64,000 nt of DNA. It comes from Ptychomitrium polyphyllum (Eukaryota). Below, one piece after another: positions 1 through 13,714 of the stretch. The translations under genes were made by a program, and so were the position numbers. The stretch is taken from positions 7,378,001 to 7,442,000 of the forward strand of contig OZ316776.1 in NCBI GenBank assembly GCA_973851085.1, written 5' to 3'. How positions within the stretch are numbered: the stretch's first letter is position 1; the number at the start of each line of letters is the position of its first letter. A model generated the notes under the pieces. It ran no database searches. It was given only the letters and a program-made list of their open reading frames with translations, and was not told the origin of the DNA.

Positions 1-2761
1 CTGTATAACCGTGGGGGACGGACCCCTGACAAACGCGTCGCGGAGCGCTGGCGCTAGACACGGAACGAATGACACGATCACAGCTCCTCCCCCCCGACTA
101 TTCCCAGGTACAATTCTCTATGATTAGAGCCTCCGACGGCGTAGGATATCAGTATTCTCGCTGGCTGCATTGCGTGAGTTCCGTGATGCACTGACAACAC
201 TCTCCACGCCCACTTGCGCTTTTCATGTTCCATTCATGGCACTCCGGAAAGCAACTGGAGAGGTGCCACAAGGAGCACTAACAGCACGAGGAGTCATTCC
301 ACAGTTTTCAGTTATCACCGCCGCTACTCATTGAATCAAATGTTATAATGGAGCGGGAGTATGAAAGTCACCTTCGAGTCATCACTGGCAGGCTTCGCCC
401 ACCACCACTGCAGTACGACCAGGTCATCTGCTTGGTATATGTGCTCTGTTGGCTGGAGCTCTGTGCACTTCCCATGCTTTCTTCGTCACTGTAATTTAGA
501 ATTAACACGATTATCGCTACAAGAAGAATCTGTGAGTTTGTGAGGCTTCGGAATTAACACTATTTGAGATACTGTGGGGACATGGCGTTCACTTTGGTGG
601 AGGCTCTCTCTCCCCGTTTTTGTTGTTAACCGTTAACCTGAAATGACAAATTGAAGACTCAAAAACACTCCACATATTCTAAGTATATAAGTGATTTACA
701 TCCTAAAGATGGAAGCGTGTACTTTTTTCGGTCGTGGATGATGCTTGACAAAAATAATTGTAAAAAAATTCTCTAGTATTTAGCAGTTCTTGGATAAATT
801 TGTTTTAAAAGTGTAAGAGCTCTGACCGAGGGCTAGGTTTGATATTTAATGGTTAATCCTATTGTGCAGGCAAATTGAGGATATGTTTCTATGTTGACCT
901 GTCCTCCCTAGTGCCATGGAATACCTGTAAGACCTGATTCCCTCAAATGAATAAAACATGATAAACAAAATCATTGAAAGTTTATTAAAAAGTAAGAGGC
1001 TATCATCTTTGGATGTGATGAATAAGAGGAGACGTAAATTTCTGAGGCTTAAAATGGACAGACAAAATCTGCTCAACTTTGTGAGCTTACCACCTTCCTG
1101 ACCCAAATCCTACAAGTACTGTGGATGCCCTACATCATTTTGCAGGTTTGGGAATGAGCTTAATTGCATGGTAGTGACATGGGGCTGGCTCTGAGTTGTT
1201 CGTTTTCTCCCTATTAGATTAACGTCCTACAAACTGGGGCCCAACGGAGTGAGGCACAGATACTAGGATAATAATGACGTAATTATGGTGAGCATGTGCC
1301 GACGTAGGCTGCGTCTTACAAATTCCCAATTGGCTCTCGTTTGGCTGCATTTGGATAAGTAGTTGAGGTGGATGGGAGCTGCCATTAACATGAATTATCT
1401 TCGTCAATACTCATGCGTGCTGGAAATTGAATCACCACCTGGTCTAGGAAGGTCGCCAGAGCTTGGGAGAAGGAGCTGCGTCATGCAAGGAGAAGATAAC
1501 GCATAGTCTATATCGGATTAGAGACTGGGGACCCATTAGGCCATCACTGTTGTTATGCAGCTGGGTCACAGAGCATTCCTAGTGTAGACCACGCAGCAGC
1601 TGCCACAGGAGCTAACTTGTAAAAATCGTCCTATTTTAGAGGAACACCTTACCACTTCATGCATTTTATTCGATGTGGAGTGACACTCAAGACATATCCA
1701 GCCAGTCAATTTGGGAATGGGAATAGATACGGGTTTAGGGGTTCCATGGAATTAAGAGATTGAGTCCTAGGTTTAATTGCCAGTTTCTACTTTACACACT
1801 CTTCAAATGAAAAGCACCCCTACTTGACGTATTCAATTCAATCCAGTGACTTTGTCGTCCCTCTATATTGTCAAGTTCTGAAACCAGTGTCAATAGTGAG
1901 TACATGGTACAGACAAGTATATAATCCCTAGAAACAAACACAGAATAAATCTTTCAAATGTCTGACGCCCAAGATAACAGCAGAACCAATTTTTGGTTGC
2001 CCCAAGAGAACCAAAACTAATGGTGAGTATGATTTTAATCCTGATTAGTAAAGGGCAAGATCATTGTTATTTCTGGAAATATTACAATAGATTGCCGGCC
2101 ACCTACTTCCTCTTAAACAAAGACTGCTGAATAAAATATGTGCTTTCCATGAGGATACGAATTTCCGTCCTCCGACTTTGGGCCTTGCAACTCTTAACCC
2201 CTTACTCCGTGAGGATCGCTCAAAATTTAACATTTTGAAAATACGTGTTATAACTCAACTTCAAAGCCTGCTTTATTGCTTAAGAAATATTGCTACAAAG
2301 TTGTTACGAAAATCCAAAGCACTAACCATCCAAAAATGTGATGGATGGAACCAGTAACTAACAGCAGCAAAGTCAGTAGTTTGAGTGTGTTTATCATCCA
2401 GAATTTGGATGCCTCAGTTAATATTAGTGCAACAGTGCATCATTTAAAAAATTTAAGTGAAAAGGAATGGTAGCTGGAGCCCAGAACAGATTCCGAAGAT
2501 CATAAGCTAAAGAGCTCATTCAGAAAATAGAAACTTCAATGCCTTTTTTTTACTTTCTTTCTTTCAGAACAATTTGGTAAGAATTTCTCACTTGATCGAC
2601 AATTCACTTAAAATGCCGGTCACACGAGCTGTACACTAGGGAAAAACTAACTACAAACACCATGTACAATATTTACAGACCTCAGACACCTGAATGTGAT
2701 GGTGGCTTTTGTAGACAAGCAGCACAGCAAAAGATTTGTCCTGCGTCAATGTTCTAGGAGT

Positions 2762-5700
2762 TCAAATATTGCTCTGAAACAGAGTTACAGTTGCAATGTG
2801 CCCATTCTTCAATACCTGTAAAGGAAGTCTCACATGTTAGAATAACAACCCAATACCTAATTAAATGGAGAAATAAGCTAGAATCAAGCAGATAGTCAGT
2901 ATTTCAAGAACGTGTTAAAAACTGAGCAACCGACTATGTACATAGTAGTACTTACCTCCAGAGCAATATTGCGGTATCCATACACAAATGTAGGACCAAA
3001 TGGGTTGCTAACTGAACCTTGCGTTTGAATTGCAGCACGACCACCATCACCTAGTATATCCTGTAACATCCACCACGTACTACATATTAGCAGGTAGACA
3101 AACAAGCTCACTGTTTACTTCTTAGCAATACAACCAAGTGACCGCTGTGCTAATAATCTCGCAACGTTCGGTACATGACAAGCACTCACGTCTAAAAGCT
3201 TGCATGGTAACTGAACAACTAGGTGTTGTACCTGGACTTGACTCCATTTGGTGTCAGCAGTGATGCACCTTTCCAGACCATCATCGTAAGCAGCTTTGTC
3301 AAGTTCTTCCCCACCGTCACCTGCTACTATCCACATCTCAGAAAGAAACCCTTTACTGACAACAAAAACGTGACAGAACACAAGCACAATAAGATCTCAA
3401 TATAACGTAACAAAATTAGATTCTGCAAAGATGTTTAATAAAACCGCAACACTGTATACGTGGCTAGTATACAAAGCATGCGGTGAAGATGCCCTGTCAA
3501 CATGCATTATAGCATCGCCGCCACCTACTTTGTACACCAGCGACATGTACAGTGATGCGGTGGAGGAGATGCATCATAATTTAGGTTTACCTATAATAAT
3601 ACTTCTCAAATCACGAACCAACACGACAAGCCCGATCCTGAAACCCCTACACTTGAAGAACTCGAATTGGCTTACTTGGGGGAACATGAATGAAAAAGTT
3701 GCACTTGATGTAGCAGTTGAAGTCTGTGTGACCTGGAAAATTAGTGTGCAGTACAAACTTCTTGATGCGATGATTCTGCCAACCCACCTCACAACATGAG
3801 CTGTAAACTCACGTTGTAAAAACCATATAAAGATCGACAAGAAGTAAAATTTAAAAGATAGATAGAGGAAAAACAATGCAGTCATCATATTCATATCCAG
3901 TGATAGTTGTGTCAAATTCATGAATAAAGTGGAAAACAACTTGCGCACCTGACCATCGAACAAGATGTCAATGCCCCGTGTGAAATAATTATAGAAATAA
4001 TCACCACACAGAGCAGTGCGAGGTCTCGGGTCTGATGCAGAATGGATCACCATCGGGTCAACCTACAACAGCAGAGAAGCAAGAAAGCACGATCGAAGTG
4101 GTCACGAGCGGCTTGGTTACTTGGTACCTATAGTATCTCTCTAATCGGTGAGCAATCAGTAACAGAATAAAATAGAAGACGAACTATGATCGCTTCATAT
4201 GGAGAACTGCATCTTTAGAAAAGATATTTGGCAAGTCGTAGGTTAAAGCCGATCTGTACTCCTGTACACTATCGTTTGAAGCCCCTGACCTTAGTAATGT
4301 ATTAAACCTCTGCCTTTCTCAAATAGACATGAATATGAATAAGCAGATGCATCCCTGCTGTAAAATACTTGTGCATCCTAACTCCATTCGAATATTTCAA
4401 AAATTGCACACGCGGATGAAGATGATAGTCATCAGTAGAGAATAAATCACAAAACAAAGAAGTCAAACTGAACTAAAAACAGAAGCATTTGAAGACATCG
4501 TAACTACAGAATGAAGATCGATGATGACGAGGTAAAATGCATGCTTCACTATTGTATCAAATTGATAAACGCCCCTATTCAAAAGTTAAATAAAGAATAT
4601 TATAAAGATAACCTGCTTCTGATGTATGCCGCATGGCCGACCTAGCTCTGCCCACACATCCTGCCAAGTGCATTCATATTTAGATCTCAAAAAATGATCA
4701 GAATTCTACAAAATAAAAAACAGTAACAGTAGAAAAGACGCCTGAAATTTGTGGCTATTATCTTGAGGGGCACATGAGACGGCTCACCTGTGGAGATGCA
4801 CCAAATGTCAGATGCTGGCCGCCACCTGTGAACCACAACTCCTCTGCCAACTACACAGTTGAAAGCAACTTCCTTGTTACAAAAAGTCGCTGTACTGCTA
4901 TATAGCAGTTCCATCTCACTTTCTTAGCTCACTCCAGGATAAGCAGTCACACCTGACTCGAATCAAATGTCACGTTTCCACATGTCACGCTTCTACAAGT
5001 AAGACAATACTTTTTCAGTCCATCTGCTGACAGCTACTGAAATCAAGCTTATTGTTCACAGAGACAACTTAACAAGAAAAAATCTCTACAGCTAGTGTAA
5101 AATCCAAAATAAGAGATATAGCATTCCAAACCAAAATCGCCTACTTTAGCATGGACATCTTCCATGTACAAGCTCCCGGAAGGAAGCTGAGGCGGCAAAG
5201 CAATCTTAAGGGGAGCACCGATGCCAACTCCACCTCCAACTGCACTGTCATATATGCATATTCGAGACATAACCGGAGTTGTCCCGTCTGGGAACTCCAA
5301 AGGCAACTCGGCTGCACAGCACATATCCATATCAGAGAGGTACTCACTAGATTAATAATGAAACACCAGAAACAGTTGTGTGTATCAAACTTACCTTCCC
5401 GATGCTGGCAGCATTCCGTATACTGCGCTGGTATAGGGAAAGCAAATGACAAACCCTGCACGACAAATAGATCCGCCTGCTGTATCAGTCGCCGCACCGT
5501 TGCATGAAACAAATGAACATCTAACGAACACTATGAAGCTGACCACTGAAAAAGCACAACACTAGTGCAGTTCTAGTCTCAAGAATGAGATTTTTCTAAT
5601 AGAAATAATGAAGGGTGTTTCTCAGCTTTCACTTACACCCCACCCAAGAGTGAAGTGGTGACAAGCAATACAAGTACGAATATCATTGTGAGAGACTACT

Positions 5701-7349
5701 TACAGGGTAAAATAAGGTGTAAATGCACCGGTTCATGTTGTACGTGCCTGGGAAGGTTGGTCCAAAAAGTGCATAAACCGCAACAAAAGTAGCTGCAACG
5801 TTTGGACCCCTGCAAGGTCAGAACAAAAAATGAGTTGTCTAGTGATACGCAATAAACAGTAGACAGTCAAAAATTGAGCAGTTCCTCTACTCACCCGATA
5901 AACGAAGTGGCATAACGCATTTGCAGACGTTGCACATCATACACCTCTATCAGCCTTAGTCGCTGCAACCGTCAATAGGACACAACAAGAAAGGTATCAG
6001 ATCATCTAGCAGTAATTCACAAATTAGTTTGGGGTGGGGCGTAGCAACAAGCTCTAGAGTGTTTGCAACGTAAACATTAATAACAACAAAAGACATAAAA
6101 AAAAGAAACTACTTCCTCTCATAGATGGAAGCTTAAGACACCAATCATGAGCTACAAAATCGTCACAAATAAGAGGAGCAGACCTGTGACCGAGATTCAA
6201 ACCGCAGATGAAATCCATGTTCAGGGAAGCTGAGGACCAGATCCATTTGCAAAGGTTCCTGCACACTCTCACGCTTCACAATCTCCTTTTGCAGCTCATG
6301 TTTCAACCATCAAAAATGCAAGTTGACCAATTCCCATTCCCATCTATCACTGACTCTAGTATGTTTTCAGAAGTGGATTGGCAAACATAAAACAGGATGA
6401 AAGACTTCGACGCAACTAGCCCTCCTCTAGCACAAGAACACCCTAATCCTACTAGAAATTCGCGCCATTGCTGCTACTTCCCAAACCCCTCTTGCACTAC
6501 ACAATCGAATGCTCAATTACACAGAATGAAAATAACCAAAATCCAGTGGACCACGTTTGCAATAAACCCAAATAACAGAAGCAAACTTGAACGTCTGAAA
6601 ATGGCAACAACACCCTGAACTCCTTCACTCACTGGTTTGGTTTTTTCAAAAAAATAAAAATCCTAATTAAATCAGTCGCTCAAAATCCTCTTCTGAGACC
6701 CAAAAACGTACCTCGTCGTTATACTTCACATGGAGAATGTCAAAGAACGACCTGTGCTGCTCAACGTACGCCAAAGCCTCACACACCGGCATCCCTAAAC
6801 CATTCACACCAGAATTCAAGTCCTCCACACTGTAGCCCTACTATCCCAACCATGCTCATCCCCCGGAAAAATCACATCGAACCAAAATCAAAAATCAAAA
6901 ATCAAAAATCAAAATCAAAATCAACCCCACCACTAAAAACTCCACTGTCTCATAAAACCATAAAACAGGTAGCCGCAATTCGGACAATCCGCAAAACACC
7001 AGAACAACCACCATCCCACCGAACAACCATCCTCACCAAGAAACGAAAAACCTCAGTCGATCAAGAACCATCGTCGAGGCCCAATACTAACAATCCTACT
7101 CCCACAAAAACCTACAAAACAGAACCGCAACCGAGCCAACGAAACAACTGCTGTGCTGCGCTGTGCTGTGCTGTGCTGAGAGAAATTCTGCAGGCGCAGG
7201 TCAGAATTGGGGCAGCGAGAGGTGCAGCACATACCGAGGTTGAAGGCGCCCAGGCCCGCCCCCGGCCTCAGGTCCAGCGTGAGGCCCCCCATGGCATAGC
7301 ACTGCCGTCCCGCCCGCCTGTCGTGTTCAAGCTCCGATCTGCGACGCAT
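2762..7349 (-). CDS. UPF0183/PHAF1 (C16orf70, At3g51130-like) family protein, multi-exon
   Basis: GT-AG exons on the - strand translate to AMGGLTLDLRPGAGLGAFNLG / MPVCEALAYVEQHRSFFDILHVKYNDE / EPLQMDLVLSFPEHGFHLRFESRSQ / RLRLIEVYDVQRLQMRYATSFIG / ...LPLEFPDGTTPV... / MVIHSASDPRPRTALCGDYFYNYFTRGIDILFDGQ / DILGDGGRAAIQTQGSVSNPFGPTFVYGYRNIALE / VLKNGHIATVTLFQSNI*. This matches the plant UPF0183 family. The start could be 7349 or the downstream Met at about 7292. Confidence 0.88.
6883..6922 (+). repeat. (AAAAATC/AAAATC)n simple repeat in intron 1 of the UPF0183 gene
   Basis: About 6 tandem aaaatc/aaaaatc units are directly visible. Confidence 0.8.
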
Positions 7350-9677
7350 CCTCTGCTCTGCTTTCCTTGCTTTGCTTTGCTTTGCTGTGCTGAGCGTCCC
7401 CTACTTCGCCTTCCCAGGCCCTGCGTCCTAGCTGGCCCCCCAAACCCGTCACCCTCACCTCATCTACCGCCCTCGTACACCCTCCCTGCCCCCCAACTTC
7501 TCATGGCGCCCGACCTGAAACTGTCACAGGCTCCGGAACCGCCACTCTCTAGGAAAAAGGTAGAAATTGAGTAATAAGTCTACAGAACACGTAGACATTG
7601 ACGGTTTATGATACTATGACGAGTGAATGTACTGTAAAGCTTCATAGTTCCATGAAGGGTTGGGGACGAAGTGACGGGCTAAGGATTATGTGACGGATTT
7701 GTGGTCTATGACGGGTTAGGGTAGGGAGTTCGTATAGGGCAACGTGCCAGGTGAGAGCAATTTGTGCGTTTGTTCGTTTCGGAATATGCGTGCGCGGTAT
7801 TTGGTTTGGATGGCTTGGTCTTGGGATTTGGCCGTGGTTTGTGCTCTTATGACCGTGGCGGAAGCGGAGCCTTGGGCGTGGCGATTGTGCTGACGTGGAC
7901 GAGGAGGGGAATATTCTCTCATGTCCTCTGATGGCCACACTTACTTAGTCGTGCTGGAGAGGAGTACTTTATGAGATTCTGTGGGTCCCACTCTTGCACC
8001 ATTGAAGAATAAGTTAGTGTTTCCTGGATATTCAATGGGTTGAAATTTTGGTTAGCTTGTGTAAGCTTCAATAGACTCTTTTAACAGCGTAAGGTCATTC
8101 TTCTAGTATGCATGATTTACTATGGGGGTGAGGTGTTGTTGTCCAGGAAGAAACACGTGTTTTTTGATCTTGAGTTTTTAAATTTTAGAAGGAAACATTT
8201 CTTGCATCATTATTTATAATTATGTAAGTGGCATCAAAATGTATGGATCATGTATGATATTTGCAACTAAAATGTAGATGTTTCTTTATAATAGAGCTTT
8301 AAATACATGGAAAATAACAAGGATTGCCTTTCTCTCTACTTCATCAAAGGATGTGAAGTGTACAATATATATGATACAATGAATTTATAAAATAAATAAT
8401 TTTGAGGCTTTGGAAGAAATGTGAACTTATCAAGTCAATCCCACCTTATCATATTTAAATTTTTCCTATCCTACCATGAAGAGCACATTGACTCATCTTC
8501 CTGATCTGTGCATGCTACAACTGTGGCTCTCTAGAGGGAGTCCGGATTTTGAATTGGTCAACCATCAAACTATGATTTCCTCTCCTACCACAATGCAACA
8601 CCTTCGTTTCTAGGGCTGGCAAAGAAGTCCACTGGGTCCACAGCTTCTACGATATGCATGTATGTTTTTCTTGTATGAATAACATCTATTTCCCATTGCA
8701 GACTTCAAAAGTTCGAAATAACCAGAACAACATGCCAACTTGCTAAGCAATCATCCTTTGCTGGTCAAACCTACCAAATATTTGATGAGCAGAGGAATCA
8801 TCGGTACCACATAGAAGGTCACATGCAACTTCACATGATGAACTTTCTTGTGAGAAGATGAGCCTGCCGTATCAGAAGTTCTACAGTTGGACGACTTTAT
8901 TATAGTTTCTCGAGGTTTTGACTAAGCGGATGAGCCGGGATGTCAGGGCTGTGTCATCAGATCTGAAAGTCTAAACAGGGATTCCTCTGCTGCACCCTTC
9001 CATGTTTGAAGGCATGATAAACACATATCCAATCAGCAACCCTTTACCAACAAATATTCATCAAAGATCTCACTGCAAATATAGTACTCGGTACAATGCT
9101 TGGGTATATCTTTGGCCAATCACTTTTACTGCTCAGGAAGGCCAATCAATGTACACAATCCATTTGAGTCAAAGCCTACTTTGCTAAACAAAATATAAGA
9201 GATGATCATTTTCTCCTTCCTAACATTAAGAAAGCTTGTATGCACTACCAAGGACACCACAAAGCTTCAACAGAAAATTAAATCCAGTTCCACTCCAAAA
9301 ATAACCACAAAGAATACACTACTCGAACATTTCTTCGGCAGTGAATTCCAAGCCTCGGGAGATTAACTGTACACTCATGGAATTAACCATTCACTTCACT
9401 GGATGCATTCATCGATCGTTTCGGTCCTCCAAAGGATTCCACATCCTTCCTCTCAACACCAAACCATCCTGCTAATGCATCCACGCCGGGTTGGAGTTGA
9501 AAATTTCTTGCCTTCATGACAGTCTTCTTCACTGTGTATAACCTGCTCCGTTTGACCAAATTTAGCAAGTGCACTCAGTAGTTGTGGTGACTTTTGTGGA
9601 AACATCATCGGAGTTGCGCATTTGAACTAGCTACAAAGTTTCTAATGCTCATAGGGCACATGGAATTAACCATACAC

Positions 9678-10904
9678 TTAACAACATGGGACACTAGGGT
9701 TTGCTGCAGCCGGAGGGTAGTCTGTCGTCAGTTCCCTCGCTTGAAAGTGAACCCATTCATAATACTTACTTGGGTATTCTGTCACTTTCGCAGCCGTGGG
9801 AACCTGTAAACCAACAGCTAGAACTTTTAGTTGCAGCAAACCGAAAATACGCATAACAACATCAACTCATTCAATCTTGACATGAAGGTGTACCGTTAGC
9901 CACTTTTAGAGTATATTAAAGTTCACTCAGTTCTGCGTAAATGACTTGGGCAGTGATGCATAAATTGGAGAAAGACTAACCGCATCGTCACCAGAGTTCA
10001 GTGGTCCTTTCACAGGTTTAAGATCCTCTTCGGATAGGATCCTGCCTGAAACATTGAGAAAGGAAAGCAAGAAAATGTCAGCCAGTACAGGGGTTTCAAA
10101 TTTTGGCATCTTGACAGAGCACATAATAAAACACAGTCCGATGCATTTAACCAGTTTGCCAGGCATCATCCAGCCTCCGCCCAGTACTAGAATCAATTGA
10201 TCAACAGCGAAGGCTGACACTTGAGACTCTTCAGAGGCATCTACAGAACCACGCGGCTATGCACCAGGACTTAGGAACTCGACTTGTTTTTAAAATTCAG
10301 TCACTTTAAGAGTTTGCCAACAATTCTGGCCAACTTTTGCGGCCATTGCCAAAACTAAGCCAAGCCTTCACTTTAGCCTGCAATTATCCCCATTTTACTC
10401 TCACCAAACGCACTGCCGCCGACCCCGAAAGGGCTCCTCGAACGAGTAGCATTGAATGCACTAAACCGGAACTTGAAGAGCATGATAATTCCAAACAAAA
10501 TAACGATAAAAAAATGCATAGTACGTGACGCTACGGATACACGCACAACCATCGAATCACTTCGCGGTCAACCACATGCTCTCAACTCCCCCACGTAACC
10601 GATAAACAAATTTTAAGATTAAAATAAATAAATAAAAACTACACCTAAGTCGTCCACACCCTAAAAGTTAAACCTCAAATGCACCCATACTCTGTAAACC
10701 GACTCCAACCACCAAAACATCCAAAAAACCACACGCCATCAACTTTCCAAAACCAACACCACAACAAGCCTAACCTCCAAAACAGAAACCAATACGAGAG
10801 AAGTTACCTCCTCGGTCACCTCGCAGGCTCCGGCCGGCCGTGCACGGCGTGACAAGCAAGATCAAGACGATGCAAGCACACACCACCACTTGAATCCTCG
10901 CCAT
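9678..10904 (-). CDS. Small secreted peptide precursor, PSY (plant peptide containing sulfated tyrosine)-like, 95 aa, 3 exons
   Basis: Exons 10808-10904, 9981-10045 and 9678-9803 join through phase-compatible GT-AG introns to give MARIQVVVCACIVLILLVTPCTAGRSLRGDRGGRILSEEDLKPVKGPLNSGDDAVPTAAKVTEYPSKYYEWVHFQARELTTDYPPAAANPSVPCC*. It has an N-terminal hydrophobic signal peptide and a C-terminal DYxxxxANP motif, as in AtPSY1 (DYGDPSANP). Confidence 0.78.
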
Positions 10905-11664
10905 CTAGAGCCCAGCCGGTAGCGTAACGTGCGAGGAACGCAAAGACTGCGGTTTGGGACCCAAAACTGGGAGCTTTGAGCGAATGTCAAACCCCAAAGA
11001 GGAGTGCAAGTATATGATGATAGTCGTAGTAGTTGCAGCTATGTTGGAGATGTTGATGTTGTTGTTGTTGGAAAAAAAGCTTGGACTCCAGGGGTAGCCA
11101 CATGTATATGCGGAAAGTGGCCTTGATGCGAAAGCGAGCGAGGGAGCGAATGTCAAAGGGCCTCGCAAGTCGTGTGCGTCAGATCTCGAAACGCCCCCAC
11201 CGCAAGATTTGCTCCCACCTCTGCGCTTTCGTCTCCTTCGCCCCTTGCCGGGCACTTGCGCCGCGGACACGAACCAATCCTCGCAAAAAAGATTACGAAA
11301 CGAAAATATAAGCCAATCCCGCAAAAAGCAAAAGCTGGGCGCGGTGGGTGGGGCCCGCATGAGTGGCCACGGTGCCGGCTATCGAGGCGCTTGACCGTTC
11401 GTGCACGGCACCGAAAGTCAACCAGCTCTGGAAGGGGGTTCGGGAGGTGCCTTCTGGCTTTTTGGTGTGCAAAGCGGGCAGGTGATATCTGCTGGGGTTC
11501 ACTAGACAATATAATAACCACTCTTGCACACAATTTACGAAAACATATATATACGTATATTTCAACAATATACAAGACATTGATACAACAATGTACAAAA
11601 CATTTTGTAAACGGTTGAGTAAAGAGGTGGGTAAGTTATGCATGATTTTCTTAAATGCCTCTAA

Positions 11665-12070
11665 GAATTCTAAGTAACAACAAGGTAAGACTTCAAAATT
11701 CTAGGATATGGAAAAAAATATGTTTAAGGCACATTAGAAATAAGGTGTTATCAACAAGATACAAAGACAAGGTTAGAGTGTCTGAGGTAGACCTAGAAGA
11801 AATGCAGTATTGAGATTGAACATCCTTTCAGCCTTGACTTCTATATATACTAGTACTACAAGCTTTGAAAGCTTTTAAAAAGCTTCTATTATATTGTTTT
11901 ATACTCAAGCAACCTCAAGGTTGCTTTCTTGGAAACTTTTTTAACTAAAACATTTTCTTTGGAAGCTTCTATAGTCAAAATAACTTCTTTAGAAGCTTCC
12001 TTAGTCTTCTTAAACCTTCTTAAACCTTTCAAAGTCCTTCTAGACGCTTCTAATATATATGTCTACGACA
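11665..12070 (-). mobile_element. Solo or degenerate Gypsy-type LTR, inverted relative to the LTR at 12169-12587
   Basis: The - strand begins TGTCGTAGACAT, like the TGTCACAGACAT LTR start at 12927. It is a diverged reverse complement of about 12190-12575. The far boundary is approximate. Confidence 0.65.
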
Positions 12071-12926
12071 ACCATATTCCAATTAATGCTTATTAGAAAT
12101 CAACAAAATATGAGGAATGGTTCATTGTTAGTGCATAAGGATGTATAATTTAATTTTAAAGCAATCTAAGTCACAAACATACATATTGGTAGCATCTTGA
12201 AAGGTTTTTAGAAGGTTTGGGAAGTTTTGAAAGAAGTTACTTTAATTTAAGAAGCTTTTAAAGAAGTTACCTAAACTTAAAAAGCTTTTAAGAAAGTTAC
12301 CTTGGATTATGAAACTTCCAAGGAAATAACTTGAGATTGCTTGAGTACAAAGTAATGTACCAGAAGCTTCTCAAAAAATTTCAATGGCTTATAATTTTAA
12401 TATTAATAAGAGTTAAGACTAAAGGGATCTTTAGTCTCAACATTGCATCTTTTATAGTCTAGCTCAAACCTCATGGCCCTTTCTTTGTATCTTTTTATAG
12501 CTCTTTACTTTGAATGTACCTTAAACGTATCTTATCCTACATCTTGAATTCCTAAAGTCTTGTCTTGTTGTAACTCCTTTTGTGATAGTTTGTCAAAACT
12601 GTTAAAACAATAATATCAGGGCTTGGTTTTTCTTGATAGAGAGCAAAACATCCTTCTTTTTGAAAGTATTATAGTGCTTTAGAGGTTGCAAATTATCTTT
12701 CTCTAGGTTGATAATATTTCTTAAATCTTTTCCAATTTTTGGTTTATTTAATAATTTCTATTTTGTTTCTATGCCGAAAGGTAAAGAAGTCAATATGACT
12801 AATTCAAAAGAAGCCAAGTTAGACTCCATCATCAATGCCCTTAAAGCATTGAGAATGAAGACTAAGACTAAATAAAAACTTTATTTGACTGTACATAATG
12901 TTTAAGGAATACATCACTCTAATTGC

Positions 12927-13478
12927 TGTCACAGACATAGATCATGCAACATAGTCCATAGAACATTCTAAAACCTTCTAGTATACTATAATAGCTTCTA
13001 GGAATACTTCAAAATTTTCCATAGTCTTTCCCTTGTTCTTAGAAAGCTTCCTAAAAAAGTTCTTCTACCTTAACAAACTTCCTAGGAAGGTTTTATCATC
13101 TTAGGTAACTTCATAAAAAACTTCCTAAGAAAGTTCCACTACCTCAGGAAACTTCCAAGAAAGGTTCCAACTCCTCGGAAGCTTCTTAGGAAGGTTCCAA
13201 TATCTTAGGAAACTTCTTGGGAAGGTTCCCTAGACTTCCAGAACATTCTTAAGCCTTGTAGAAAACTTCTTTAGAAGTATCTTAGGAGATACAAACGTCA
13301 TAGTATAAATAGGAAGCAAACCAAGGTATTCTTTAGTCTTACCAATACAAGTTGTGGATCATCTTGAATCCTGCCTTGTTCTAGTCTTTGTATCAAGTTC
13401 TTGTTAATCATTAGTTCTTTGGAAGCTAATTCTTAGGAAACACTTCGTTTCTGCTTCTTGTTTCTTCTGTCTCTAACA
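12927..13478 (+). repeat. 5' LTR (about 552 bp)
   Basis: TG...CA ends; direct repeat of 18873-19578; contains a TATA-like tataaat at about 13303 and internal tandem units. Confidence 0.9.
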
Positions 13479-13714
13479 GCTTGGCATGACTACTCTTCAT
13501 CTCTGTTAGAGTGAAGTATTTTTGAAGAAGATTGTGGATTATCCATCTTTTTTAGGATTCCATAGCGTTTTAGAGGTTGCGGATTACCGTCCTCTAAATT
13601 GGCACCATAGAGTTGGTTTCTCCTTCTAGAACCAAGTATTATTTCTTTCAAAGGACGTGGATTACCCTCCTTTGAAGGTACTCATAGTCTTCTTATCTTT
13701 GACAATCTTAAGAA

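Noticed and set aside
1..2700. Short ORFs and GC-richer patches at the window start
   Set aside because: No recognisable protein motif, RNA gene or consistent exon chain.
6852..7574. 240-aa + strand ORF
   Set aside because: Antisense to exon 1 and intron 1 of the UPF0183 gene and built from low-complexity repeats; likely spurious.
7642..7940. Overlapping - strand ORFs upstream of the UPF0183 gene
   Set aside because: No homology recognised; consistent with GC-rich promoter sequence.
10905..11360. 151-aa - strand ORF whose stop directly abuts the PSY-like ATG
   Set aside because: It spans promoter/5' UTR sequence with simple repeats and has no recognisable domain; the adjacency may be chance.
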